A stretch of 64,000 nt of DNA from Acidimicrobiia bacterium (lineage in GTDB: Bacteria; Actinomycetota; Acidimicrobiia; Spongiisociales; Spongiisociaceae). Under the pieces are notes generated by a model, which did not search any database, was not told the origin of the DNA, and saw nothing but the letters and a program-made list of their open reading frames with translations. The position numbers and the translations under genes are program-made. Below, piece after piece: positions 39,086-48,036 of this stretch. How positions within the stretch are numbered: the first letter of the stretch is position 1; every line of letters begins with the position of its first letter. The stretch is taken from assembly GCA_041576165.1 (NCBI GenBank), contig JBFGLM010000006.1:64001-128000 (forward strand), written 5' to 3'.

Positions 39086-39508
39086 ATGGGTAGCTTCGTG
39101 GAGGGCGTCCGCGAGACCACCGCGTCGTGCGACGCGGTCTGGTCCCTGCTGGTGGACGTGGAACGCTGGCCGCAGACCTTCACGCCCCATCTGACCGCTG
39201 CGCGGCTGGAGGGCCCGCTCGAGACGGGCACGACCGGGTGGGTCAAAACCAAACTCCCACTGCCCCGCTCACCGTTCACCGTCACCAGCGTCGACGACGG
39301 CCGCAGTTGGGGGTGGCAGGGCCAGCTCCTGTGGTTGACGATGACCTTCGACCACCGGTGTGAATCAACCCGCGACGGCTGCCGGGTGGTATTCGACGTC
39401 GATCTGGAGGGGCCGCTGGCTGGTGCCATCCGCCCGCTCGCCCGCCGGGTTTACCGCCCGCAGATGGAAAGGGCGCTGGATCTGCTGGTCGAACATGCGG
39501 CTCGGTGA
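39086..39508 (+). CDS. SRPBCC/polyketide cyclase family protein
   Basis: VWSLLVDVERWP motif and GGAAAGG RBS. Confidence 0.85.
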   Translation: MGSFVEGVRETTASCDAVWSLLVDVERWPQTFTPHLTAARLEGPLETGTTGWVKTKLPLPRSPFTVTSVDDGRSWGWQGQLLWLTMTFDHRCESTRDGCRVVFDVDLEGPLAGAIRPLARRVYRPQMERALDLLVEHAAR

Positions 39509-39511
39509 GCC

Positions 39512-39940
39512 CTAGGACCCGTCGCCGCAGCCGTCGCCTGGCTGGAGCGCATCGATGGCCAGTTGCGGAACCTCCACCGGCGTGAATGTCGAATGGTCCA
39601 CCGTGACGAACACCACCTGCCCATCGGCAGTGACCACGCCGGTGTCTTCGATGCGAGTTTCGAGTTCGAAGGTGATCGACTTCGTGCCGATTCGAGCCAC
39701 CCGCACGCGCGTCTCGAGCACGTCACCCAGGGTGGCCGTCGCTTTGAAGTTGATCGTGAGGTTGGCCGTGACCACTTCAAACCCGGCGGCTTGCATCTTG
39801 GGTGTGGTGAGCCCCACCTCCTCGAAGAGGTCCGTCAGCGTGTCGTCGAAATAGACGGCGTAGTTCCCGTTGAAGACAATCCCCTGGGCGTCGGTGTCCG
39901 AGTAGCGGACCTTGCGGCTATAGCTCACGAGCCATGACAT
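39512..39940 (-). CDS. Acyl-CoA thioesterase (4HBT/YbgC family)
   Basis: VRYSDTDAQGIVFNGNY motif. Confidence 0.92.
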   Translation of the reverse strand: MSWLVSYSRKVRYSDTDAQGIVFNGNYAVYFDDTLTDLFEEVGLTTPKMQAAGFEVVTANLTINFKATATLGDVLETRVRVARIGTKSITFELETRIEDTGVVTADGQVVFVTVDHSTFTPVEVPQLAIDALQPGDGCGDGS

Positions 39941-40107
39941 CGCAGGGGAGCGTACCCGGGCGGGCGGCTGCCGGGTGGTTCGGGGCCGCCCGCCGGGGCG
40001 AGCTGCGCAACGCCCGCCCCCGCCCGGGCAACCACGCTGAGTAAACCTTTCCATGATGTGGTGCGAGACAGATGTGCGGAGGATGGGTTGGAACGGGAAG
40101 GAGCGCC

Positions 40108-40308
40108 ATGCGACGAACGCTGGATCGTCCACCCGGATTCGACGACGCATACAGTCGCGATGACATCGTCATCGAGCGTCGTCCTCCTTCACCCTGGGGC
40201 GCTATCGTCGCCTTCATCGTGATCATGGCCATTGTCGTCACCGGTCTCGTCCTGTTCTCGACAACGAGCGAGCCGGTTCCGACCACTCTCACCTCGATCG
40301 TGGGTTGA
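40108..40308 (+). CDS. Small single-pass membrane protein
   Basis: AAGGAG RBS and one strong TM helix. Confidence 0.65.
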   Translation: MRRTLDRPPGFDDAYSRDDIVIERRPPSPWGAIVAFIVIMAIVVTGLVLFSTTSEPVPTTLTSIVG

Positions 40309-40310
40309 TC

Positions 40311-40502
40311 ATGGCACTGTCGATCGACATCGAGGACATGCTGGCCGCGGTTCGTGAGATCAGGGCCGAGCTCGATGTGGTCAAGGCCGCTCGCCGCCGT
40401 TTGCCGGCTGACGACTACCTCGGACGAGCCTTGCTCATCGTGGAGCAGCAGGAGCTCCAGGAGCGCCTGGCGGAGGTCCGCCGAGCCGTCCGCGGCGGCT
40501 GA
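40311..40502 (+). CDS. Small helical hypothetical protein
   Basis: Coupled to the upstream gene. Coiled-coil-like sequence with GC3-rich codons. Confidence 0.55.
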   Translation: MALSIDIEDMLAAVREIRAELDVVKAARRRLPADDYLGRALLIVEQQELQERLAEVRRAVRGG

Positions 40503-40728
40503 AAGGTCTGGGCCCGGCGTTCGCCAGGGGCCGGCCCCGCCTCATCGCGCCTGTCGCCACCGTATGCACAGCGGCCGGTTGCGTGCATAAGATCCGGCCA
40601 TGTCCAACCGGCCGATCCAGTCACCGCCGCGCTCCGGTCGGGGGTTCGCTGCATGACGCAAGTCGGTCGACTCCGAACGGTAGGCGCCTTCTTGCTGATC
40701 CTGATCGGCTTCGTTGCACTACCACAAG

Positions 40729-40759
40729 CAGATGGGGGCCGCCTAGCGGCCCCCATCTG
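40729..40759. terminator. 14-bp perfect hairpin
   Basis: CAGATGGGGGCCGC-CTA-GCGGCCCCCATCTG. Confidence 0.55.
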
Positions 40760-40764
40760 GCGTT

Positions 40765-40810
40765 CCTTAGGCTGGAGGGGTCCCTCAGGGGCCACAACAG
40801 CCGAAAGTTC
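40765..40810 (+). repeat. 46-bp repeat copy
   Basis: CCTTAGGCTGGAGGGGTCCCTCAGGGGCCACAACAGCCGAAAGTTC. Confidence 0.75.
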
Positions 40811-40849
40811 GTGCACAATCAGACCTAGGCAACAGAAGGAGCGGACCGC

Positions 40850-41692
40850 ATGGCCAACATCGTTCGAGCCGCAATCGTGCAAACGGCCTGGACCGGCGAC
40901 AAGGAGTCCATGGTCGAGAAGAACGTGAAATACGCGTACGACGCCGCCGAACAGGGCGCCCGGGTCATGTGTTTTCAGGAGCTGTCCAACGCGCCGTACT
41001 TCTGCCAGGTCCAGGACGATGTGCACAAGGACACGGCCGAGCCGATTCCCGATGGCCCCACCACCCAGCGGATGATCCAAGTGGCAAAGGAAACCGGGAT
41101 GGTGCTGGTCGTTCCCATCTACGAGAAGGAAGACGACGGCTTCCTCTACAACAGCGCCGCCGTAATCGACGCCGGCGGCAGCTATCTCGGCAAGTACCGC
41201 AAGACCCACATCCCGCACGTCGGTGGGTTCTGGGAGAAGTTCTACTTCCGCCCCGGCAACATGGGCTATCCGGTCTTCGACACGGCGGTTGGCCGGGTGG
41301 GCGTCTACATTTGTTACGACCGGCATTTCCCGGAGGGATGGCGGGCGCTCGGCCTCAACGGGGCCAAGATCGTGTTCAACCCTTCAGCCACCAGCCGGGG
41401 CCTTTCCATGTACCTATGGAATCTCGAGCAGCCGGCGGCAGCGGTGGCCAACGAGTACTTCATCGGTGCCATCAACCGGGTCGGGAAGGAGGAATTCGGA
41501 GACAACGACTTCTACGGCTCCTCGTATTTCGTCAGTCCCCGGGGCCAGATCGTCGGCGAGGCGGCATCGGATAGCGAAGAGGAGCTGGTGGTGCGGGATC
41601 TCGACATGGACGAGATCGATGAGGTCCGCAAGATCTGGGCGTTCTACCGGGACCGCCGCCCCGACGCGTACGACGAACTCGTCGCCCCGTGA
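40850..41692 (+). CDS. Nitrilase-family beta-ureidopropionase (PydC-like)
   Basis: CFQEL, KYRKTHIP, FWEKFYF and ICYDRHFPE (Glu-Lys-Cys triad). Confidence 0.92.
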   Translation: MANIVRAAIVQTAWTGDKESMVEKNVKYAYDAAEQGARVMCFQELSNAPYFCQVQDDVHKDTAEPIPDGPTTQRMIQVAKETGMVLVVPIYEKEDDGFLYNSAAVIDAGGSYLGKYRKTHIPHVGGFWEKFYFRPGNMGYPVFDTAVGRVGVYICYDRHFPEGWRALGLNGAKIVFNPSATSRGLSMYLWNLEQPAAAVANEYFIGAINRVGKEEFGDNDFYGSSYFVSPRGQIVGEAASDSEEELVVRDLDMDEIDEVRKIWAFYRDRRPDAYDELVAP

Positions 41693-41786
41693 CGAGGCTC
41701 GGGCGTCCCTTGACCGGGGAAGGCAGGGGCGTTGCCACCGGCGGCTGCTCGATCCGGAGGGACGCGCCAGAAGGTTCCGGCGGGCT

Positions 41787-41832
41787 GAACTTTCGGCCGT
41801 CGCGGCCCCTGCGGGAACCGTCGAGCCTTAGG
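41787..41832 (-). repeat. 46-bp repeat copy
   Basis: Its reverse complement matches 40765-40810 at 38 of 46 positions. Confidence 0.75.
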
Positions 41833-41867
41833 TTCGCACCATGAGCACAACCACAAGGAGAGGTTGA

Positions 41868-43163
41868 GTGGGACTACACCAGGAGTTGCTGGAACGGCAC
41901 CGGCAAGTGCTGCCGTCATGGATGGCGCTCTACTACGCCGAACCAATCGCAATCGTCGACGGCGAAGGCCGGCGTGTGACCGACGCCGAGGGCAAGGAGT
42001 ACCTCGACTTCTTCGGCGGCATCCTCACCACCATGACCGGCTACAAGGTGCCGGAGGTGGTGGCGGCGATCAGGGAGCAGGCCGGGAAGATGCTTCACAC
42101 CTCCACCCTTTACCTGATCGAATCCCAGATAGAGCTGGCCGAGAAGCTGGCCGACCTGTCCGGCATTCCCGACGCCAAAGTCTTCTTCACCAACTCGGGA
42201 ACAGAGGCCAATGACACCGCGCTGATGCTCGCCACCCAGTACCGCAAGTCGAATCAAGTGCTCGCGATGCGCAACAGCTACCACGGCAAGTCCCACTCGG
42301 CGGTGGCAGTGACCGGCAACGCGTCGTGGTCGGCCACCACCTTCTTGCCGTTCCAGGTGACGTATGTGCACAGCGGCTACAAATACCGCAGCCCGTTCGG
42401 GCACCTGCCCGACCACGAGTTCATCCGGGCGTGCAAGAACGATCTGGAAGATCTCTTGAACATCGCCACCGCCGGTGACGTCGCGTGCCTCATCGCCGAA
42501 CCGATCCAAGGAGTGGGAGGTTTCACCACTCCTCCCGACGGCTTCTTCGGAGCGCTCAAGGAGGTGCTGGACGAACACGGCATCCTGTACATCACCGACG
42601 AGGTACAGACTGGCTGGGGCCGCACCGGCGAGCATTTCTGGGGCTATCAGTCCCACGACCTGGTGCCGGACATGATCACCTTCGCCAAAGGTCTCGGCAA
42701 CGGGCTGGCTATGGCCGGGGTGATCTGCCGGGCCGAGGTGATGGACTCGCTGCCGGCGAACTCGATATCCACGTTCGGCGGCAACCCGCTGGCAACCACG
42801 GGAGCCCTGGCCAACCTCAACTACCTGCTGGAGCACGACCTGCAGACCAACGCGCTGAAGGTGGGCCAGCGCCTCAAGGATGGCCTCCACCACCTTGCGG
42901 AGGAGGTCCCGAACATCGGCGACGTTCGCGGCAAGGGCCTGATGATCGGCGTCGAGTTCGTGGAGCCGGGCACGAAGAAACCCGATGTCGCGACCACCGG
43001 CGCCGTGATGGAGGCCGGGAAGACAAACGGCCTTCTGATCGGCAAGGGTGGCCTGCATGGCAACGTCTTGCGGATCGCGCCGCCGCTGTCGGTGACCGAA
43101 GAGGAGGCCGGCGAGGCACTCGACAAGCTGTCCGACGCCGTTCACCACGCCGTCGACAGCTGA
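41868..43163 (+). CDS. Class III aminotransferase (beta-alanine transaminase-like)
   Basis: FTNSGTEAND, AEPIQGVGG, DEVQTGWGRTG and TFAKGLGNG motifs. Confidence 0.93.
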   Translation: MGLHQELLERHRQVLPSWMALYYAEPIAIVDGEGRRVTDAEGKEYLDFFGGILTTMTGYKVPEVVAAIREQAGKMLHTSTLYLIESQIELAEKLADLSGIPDAKVFFTNSGTEANDTALMLATQYRKSNQVLAMRNSYHGKSHSAVAVTGNASWSATTFLPFQVTYVHSGYKYRSPFGHLPDHEFIRACKNDLEDLLNIATAGDVACLIAEPIQGVGGFTTPPDGFFGALKEVLDEHGILYITDEVQTGWGRTGEHFWGYQSHDLVPDMITFAKGLGNGLAMAGVICRAEVMDSLPANSISTFGGNPLATTGALANLNYLLEHDLQTNALKVGQRLKDGLHHLAEEVPNIGDVRGKGLMIGVEFVEPGTKKPDVATTGAVMEAGKTNGLLIGKGGLHGNVLRIAPPLSVTEEEAGEALDKLSDAVHHAVDS

Positions 43164-43186
43164 GCATTTCACACGGAGGAGGACCT

Positions 43187-44605
43187 ATGGCAACGACACT
43201 CATCAAGAACGGGACCGTTGTCACCGCAACCGAGACGATGGATGCCGACGTGCTGATCGACGGCCAGAAGGTGGTCGCAGTCTTTGCGTCGGGCGCAATG
43301 TCGGGGATCACCGCCGACGACGAGATAGACGCCACCGCCAAGCTGGTCATTCCCGGCGGTATCGACGTGCACACCCACATGGAGCTGCCTTTCGGCGGCA
43401 CGTTCGCGGCCGACACCTTCGAGACGGGTACCCGCGCGGCGGCATGGGGAGGGACCACCACGATCATCGACTTCGCGGTGCAGACCGTGGGGCAGTCCGC
43501 CATGGACGGTTTCGAGGCGTGGATGGGCAAGGCCGATGGCAACTGCGCGATCGACTACGGCTTCCACATGATCACTGGTGACATCAACGACCAGACCCTC
43601 AAAGAGATGGACATGCTGGTCGAGGAGGGCGTGACCTCCTTCAAGATGTTCATGGCCTACCCGGGAGTCTTCTACTCGGACGACGGCCAGATCGTTCGAG
43701 CCATGCAGAAGGCGGCCGAGAACGGTTCGACCATCTGTATGCACGCCGAAAACGGCATCGCCATCGATGTGTTCGTCGAGCAGGCGCTGGCACGCGGCGA
43801 GACCGACCCGTACTACCACGGCGTCGTCCGCAAGTCGGCACTGGAAGGCGAGGCCACCCACCGGGCGATCAAGCTGGCCGAAATTACGGGAGCTCCGCTC
43901 TACATCGTCCATCTGTCGGCCAAGGAAGCGCTCGAACAGGTGACGATTGCCCGCGACGAGGGCAAGAACGTGTTCGCCGAGACCTGTCCGCAGTACCTGT
44001 TCCTGTCACTGGACAACCTGGGGAACGGGTTCGACGGGGCCAAGTATGTGTGCTCCCCGCCGCTGCGGGACACGGCGGCCGGGCACCAGGAGCGACTGTG
44101 GCGGGGTCTACAGACGAACGACCTGCAGGTGGTGTCCACCGACCACTGCCCGTTCTGCATGGGAGAGCACCACACCTTCGGGACCCAGAAGCAGCTGGGG
44201 CAAGGCAACTTCGCCGCGATCCCGAACGGGATGCCGGGAGTGGAGAACCGGATGGAGTTGATCTACTGGGGCGGCGTCAGCGAGGGCCGGATCGGGCTGA
44301 ATCGCTACGTGGACATCACCGCGACGACACCGGCCAAGATGTTCGGTCTGTACCCGGACAAGGGAACGATCGCGCCGGGCGCCGATGCCGACATAGTGGT
44401 GCTGGACCCCAACGCGAGCCATGTGATCTCGGCCGACACGCATCATATGGACGTCGACTATTCGGCCTATGAAGGGTGGGAGATGCCGGTGAAGGTGGAC
44501 ACGGTGCTGTCGCGGGGCAAGGTGATCATAGCCGGAGACGTCTACCACGGCTCCCCCGGCGACGGCCGCTACCTGAAACGCGGGACCAGCCAGTGCCTCT
44601 TGTGA
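43187..44605 (+). CDS. hydA: Dihydropyrimidinase
   Basis: PGGIDVHTHM, SFKMFMAYP, MHAENG and STDHCPF motifs. GGAGGAGG RBS before ATG 43187. Confidence 0.96.
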   Translation: MATTLIKNGTVVTATETMDADVLIDGQKVVAVFASGAMSGITADDEIDATAKLVIPGGIDVHTHMELPFGGTFAADTFETGTRAAAWGGTTTIIDFAVQTVGQSAMDGFEAWMGKADGNCAIDYGFHMITGDINDQTLKEMDMLVEEGVTSFKMFMAYPGVFYSDDGQIVRAMQKAAENGSTICMHAENGIAIDVFVEQALARGETDPYYHGVVRKSALEGEATHRAIKLAEITGAPLYIVHLSAKEALEQVTIARDEGKNVFAETCPQYLFLSLDNLGNGFDGAKYVCSPPLRDTAAGHQERLWRGLQTNDLQVVSTDHCPFCMGEHHTFGTQKQLGQGNFAAIPNGMPGVENRMELIYWGGVSEGRIGLNRYVDITATTPAKMFGLYPDKGTIAPGADADIVVLDPNASHVISADTHHMDVDYSAYEGWEMPVKVDTVLSRGKVIIAGDVYHGSPGDGRYLKRGTSQCLL

Positions 44606-44617
44606 GCGTTGGCGCGT

Positions 44618-44660
44618 CCTGATGCATGGTGCCCGCATTTTGCGGGCACCATGCATTAGG
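44618..44660. repeat. Long palindrome (16-bp perfect core) overlapping the next gene's -10 element
   Basis: ATGCATGGTGCCCGCA-TTT-TGCGGGCACCATGCAT, extended by CCTG/TAGG. Confidence 0.7.
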
Positions 44661-44668
44661 TTCGCACC

Positions 44669-45682
44669 ATGGACTTCGGTGTTGTTCTTCAGACGGACCC
44701 ACCCGCCAGCCGGGTGATCGAGTTGAGCAAGCTCGCGGAACAGAACGGCTTCACGCATGGGTGGACCTTCGACTCCCACGTCTTGTGGCAGGAGCCGTTC
44801 GTCATCTACTCCCGCATGCTGGCCGAAACCGAAAACATGATCGTCGGCCCCATGGTCACCAACCCGGGAACCCGCGACTGGACCGTGATCGCGTCCCTGT
44901 TCGCCACCCTCAACGACATGTACGGCCCTCGCACGATCTGCGGAATGGGACGGGGTGACTCGGCCCTCCGCTACATCGGCAAGAAACCCCGGACCCTCGC
45001 CAACATGGCCGAGTCCATGCACCTGATCAAGGCGATGGTGGCCGGCCAGGAGGTCGACTACGACGGGACCAAGCTGCGGATCCCCTGGATCCCCGAGGGC
45101 GGCGGCTGGGACCTGCCGATGTGGGCGGCCGGCTACGGTCCCAAGGCGCTGGACACGGTCGGACGGCACGCCGACGGGTTCATTCTTCAGCTCGCCGATC
45201 CCCAGATTCTTGCATGGACCATGGCCGCCGTGAGGGCCGCAGCCGAAGACGCCGGCCGCAATCCCGGCGACATCGCCATTTGCGTCGTCGCTCCCGCCTA
45301 CGTGGGCGACAACGTGGCCCATCAGCGAGACCAACTCCGCTGGTTCGGCGGGATGGTCGGCAACCACGTCCACGACATGGTGAAGCGCTACGGGGCCGAA
45401 GACGAATCGAAGGTCCCCAAAGTTCTGGCCGATTACATCGCAGCCCGAGAAGGCTACGACTACGCCCACCACGGCAGAGCGGGCAACCCGTCGACAGACT
45501 TCGTCCCCGACGAGATCGTTGATCGCTTCTGTGTTCTTGGCACGATCGACGACCACATCGCCAAGCTGACGACACTCAGAGAGATGGGGGTGGACCAGTT
45601 CGGGATCTACCTGATGCACGACGATCAGGAGGCAACGCTGCGGGCCTACGGCGAGGCGATCATCCCAGCCATCAACGGCTGA
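44669..45682 (+). CDS. LLM-class F420-dependent oxidoreductase (TIGR03842-like)
   Basis: MDFGVVLQTDPP, WTFDSHVLWQEPFVIYS and WFGGMVGNHV, located in the pyd cluster. Confidence 0.92.
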   Translation: MDFGVVLQTDPPASRVIELSKLAEQNGFTHGWTFDSHVLWQEPFVIYSRMLAETENMIVGPMVTNPGTRDWTVIASLFATLNDMYGPRTICGMGRGDSALRYIGKKPRTLANMAESMHLIKAMVAGQEVDYDGTKLRIPWIPEGGGWDLPMWAAGYGPKALDTVGRHADGFILQLADPQILAWTMAAVRAAAEDAGRNPGDIAICVVAPAYVGDNVAHQRDQLRWFGGMVGNHVHDMVKRYGAEDESKVPKVLADYIAAREGYDYAHHGRAGNPSTDFVPDEIVDRFCVLGTIDDHIAKLTTLREMGVDQFGIYLMHDDQEATLRAYGEAIIPAING

Positions 45683-45693
45683 TCCGACGCCGA

Positions 45694-46830
45694 GTGCCAG
45701 ACCACAGCTGGTCAAGGCCACCGGCGAGGCGGCGTCGCCTCGGTTTCGTAGCAGCGGTACTGGTCGCCGGCGCGTGCGGTTCGGGAGCAACCCCGGCGAC
45801 CACCCAGGCGGCCGCGACATCCGCCCCCAACACCACCCCAGCCCAACCGCCGACCACTACCACGACCCAACCGCCGACGGTTACCAGCCTGACGCCGACC
45901 ACTGCGGCCACGAGCACCACGGTCGCGCCCGCCACCACGGCGGCACCCGAGAGCCCTGCAATACTCGTTGCCGGGCCCGAAGGGATCGCGTTGGTTGATA
46001 AGCAGCCGCTCGTGCTGCCGCCGGATGAAACCGAACTCGGAGAGTGGGTTGACGCCATCCCGGACGGCGCCGGAGGCTTGGTGTACGCCGGTGTCGGCCA
46101 GGACGCCCAGGTGATCTGGTGGTGGCCGGCCGCCGCAGCCGAACCGCAGCTGATCTCGTTCAAACCCGGTCGGGCGCTCCATGATGCCGCGGTGATCAAC
46201 GGGCGGCCGACAGCGATCGTCGTTGACGATCCCGACCCGTCGCCCGAAACGGAGCCGGAGGGCTTCGTCCAGCTGATCACACTCGAAGATGGGACCACGA
46301 CGACGGTGCGGATGGTGGCTGGCATCGAATTCGGCCCGAGCCAGGTGTCGTACGGCGACGGCGTATTCCTCGTCACTGAGGTGAACGACGGGTGCGGGGC
46401 GCTCTATGCCTTCGACCGGAGCGGAAACGACGTGGACCTGGCGGGGCTTCCCGAACCCCCATGCGAAATCCATTTCGAGGTCCCCTACTCCGGTGCCGCA
46501 TTCGGACCGGCCGATACCGGCTTTGCGTACGTGGAGCAGAGAACCATCCCTTCGGAGGAGCCGGGAGGCACCATCTCCGGAGCCGAACTCGTCGTGGTCG
46601 GGTCGGACGGAGCCGAGCAACGTCGGATCGCTCTCAACACCGGCGACGAGTTGCTGGGGCGGGTGTCCTTCGACGGCCGGTGGGCAATTGTCGAGGGTGG
46701 GTACGACTTCGATCTCGAGGGCCGCTCGCAGCCTGTCCTCGTCGACACCGAAACCGGGACCGTGACACGTCCCGACATCACCGGATCGCGGGCGGTACGA
46801 CTAGCCGCCAGTCCGGTCGAGCTCGGCTGA
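45694..46830 (+). CDS. Hypothetical lipoprotein with a Thr/Pro-rich linker
   Basis: AGAC lipobox, PTTTTT linker and a beta-rich domain. Confidence 0.8.
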   Translation: MPDHSWSRPPARRRRLGFVAAVLVAGACGSGATPATTQAAATSAPNTTPAQPPTTTTTQPPTVTSLTPTTAATSTTVAPATTAAPESPAILVAGPEGIALVDKQPLVLPPDETELGEWVDAIPDGAGGLVYAGVGQDAQVIWWWPAAAAEPQLISFKPGRALHDAAVINGRPTAIVVDDPDPSPETEPEGFVQLITLEDGTTTTVRMVAGIEFGPSQVSYGDGVFLVTEVNDGCGALYAFDRSGNDVDLAGLPEPPCEIHFEVPYSGAAFGPADTGFAYVEQRTIPSEEPGGTISGAELVVVGSDGAEQRRIALNTGDELLGRVSFDGRWAIVEGGYDFDLEGRSQPVLVDTETGTVTRPDITGSRAVRLAASPVELG

Positions 46831-46850
46831 GATTTCGCGCAGACCACCCG

Positions 46851-47892
46851 TCAATACATCGTGGTCCGCGTCAGGTGGTGCGGTCGGAAGGTCGCGTGGT
46901 AGCTCTTCCACAGCCGATAGTCGAGCTGCGGCACGATCAAAGCAAGCTCGGGTGGCCGCACGTTATTCAGGTGGTCTGTCAGTACCGCGGTCGCGTACAG
47001 AGTGTTCGCCCTGATCTCCACCTCTGCCCGACTGCCCGCCGCCAGCGGTCGGCGGGCCGCGATAGCCTCGTCCAGGACCGGCGCGTACTCGAGGATTCCC
47101 ATCACCTGGAGTGCAACCGGCAGCACATAGTCTGCAAACGCCGTCATCAACGGCAGGTCCTCGAGCGAGACGTGCCCCGAGGGGCCCAAAGCCCGGTAGA
47201 TCGCCCACACCAGCAGCTGTGCCAGCTTGTGGAACTGGACCTCGGTGCCGCCCAGCCACCCGGTGTCCCGGAACCGTGGGAAAGTCTCGATGAGCCGCTC
47301 TAACACGCCGTCGCCGCCTGCATACAACGCCGGGCGGCATCCGGCGACGAACCGGGCGAACGAGCCGTCGAACTGTTCCAGCAGGACCGATCCCGCCGCG
47401 TTGAGGATGACAGCACGCTCCGTCACCATCGGGATGGGTACCGGCCCGTGAAACAACCGTTCCAGGTCGGCAGCCGACGCTCCGGCCATCCACTCTGCCG
47501 CTACCACGTTCTCACCTCGGGTCAGGGCCCGATGAATGCCGGCGTACATGGCTTCGGCGTCGCGCCACCGCCGACCCATGTGATCGAGCTGGAATGTGGC
47601 TCCGGTTTCTGGATCGGTGAATGCGAAGTTGAGGAGTCCGAAGACGAAGCCGGCGTTCATCACAATGTCCGGGTCCGACCCAATGTCAAAAGGCCCCGCG
47701 ACCGAACCGGTCGGATCCGGGAACTCCTCGTAGGCCATCCATGATGACACGCGCTCCGCGGCCGCCTCATCGACCCGGACCAGCTGCGAATCGGTCACTG
47801 CTGCCGTGACCGACCGCATTACCGGTGAGTCCCACCACGCGCCTCTTTGCACGGAAAGGACCGTACTGCGTCTTGGCGTCGGGTCGAATCAT
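46851..47892 (-). CDS. Queuosine salvage family protein (DUF2419/Qng1-like), possible frameshift near 47843
   Basis: LNFAF, FPRFRD, FHKLAQL, MTAFADYVLP, EVEIRA, LDYRLW and HHLTRTTMY motifs. Main frame 46851-47852. Confidence 0.88.
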
Positions 47893-48036
47893 TCCTACCC
47901 GACGCAGGCCGCTCGACCCTCGTGTTCGAATAGAGAGAGGGCACCGGGGACCGTCCAGGGCCGAGATTCCGCTCTGGTGCGGGCGCGGTAGAAAGCCTGT
48001 CTGCCACAATTCCCGCGACCAGCGGAAGGAGTCGCC

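Noticed and set aside
39016-40760. Ms1 RNA, expected downstream of the HAD-IB gene in many actinobacteria
   Set aside because: No recognisable motifs by eye, and the space is mostly coding. A covariance-model search would be needed.
40600-40928. Small ORFs MSNRPIQ... and MTQVGRL... with a hydrophobic stretch
   Set aside because: The longer one runs through a hairpin and a repeat copy and overlaps the nitrilase start. Support is too weak.
41865-41900. In-frame TGA before the aminotransferase as a Sec codon
   Set aside because: No SECIS-like hairpin follows, and the GTG has its own SD.
42485-43186. 706-aa ORF suggesting an N-terminally extended hydantoinase
   Set aside because: The extension overlaps the aminotransferase out of frame. 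The true start is ATG 43187 with a strong SD.
47893-48036. preQ1 riboswitch upstream of the Qng1-like gene
   Set aside because: No preQ1 stem-loop or A-rich tail is visible.
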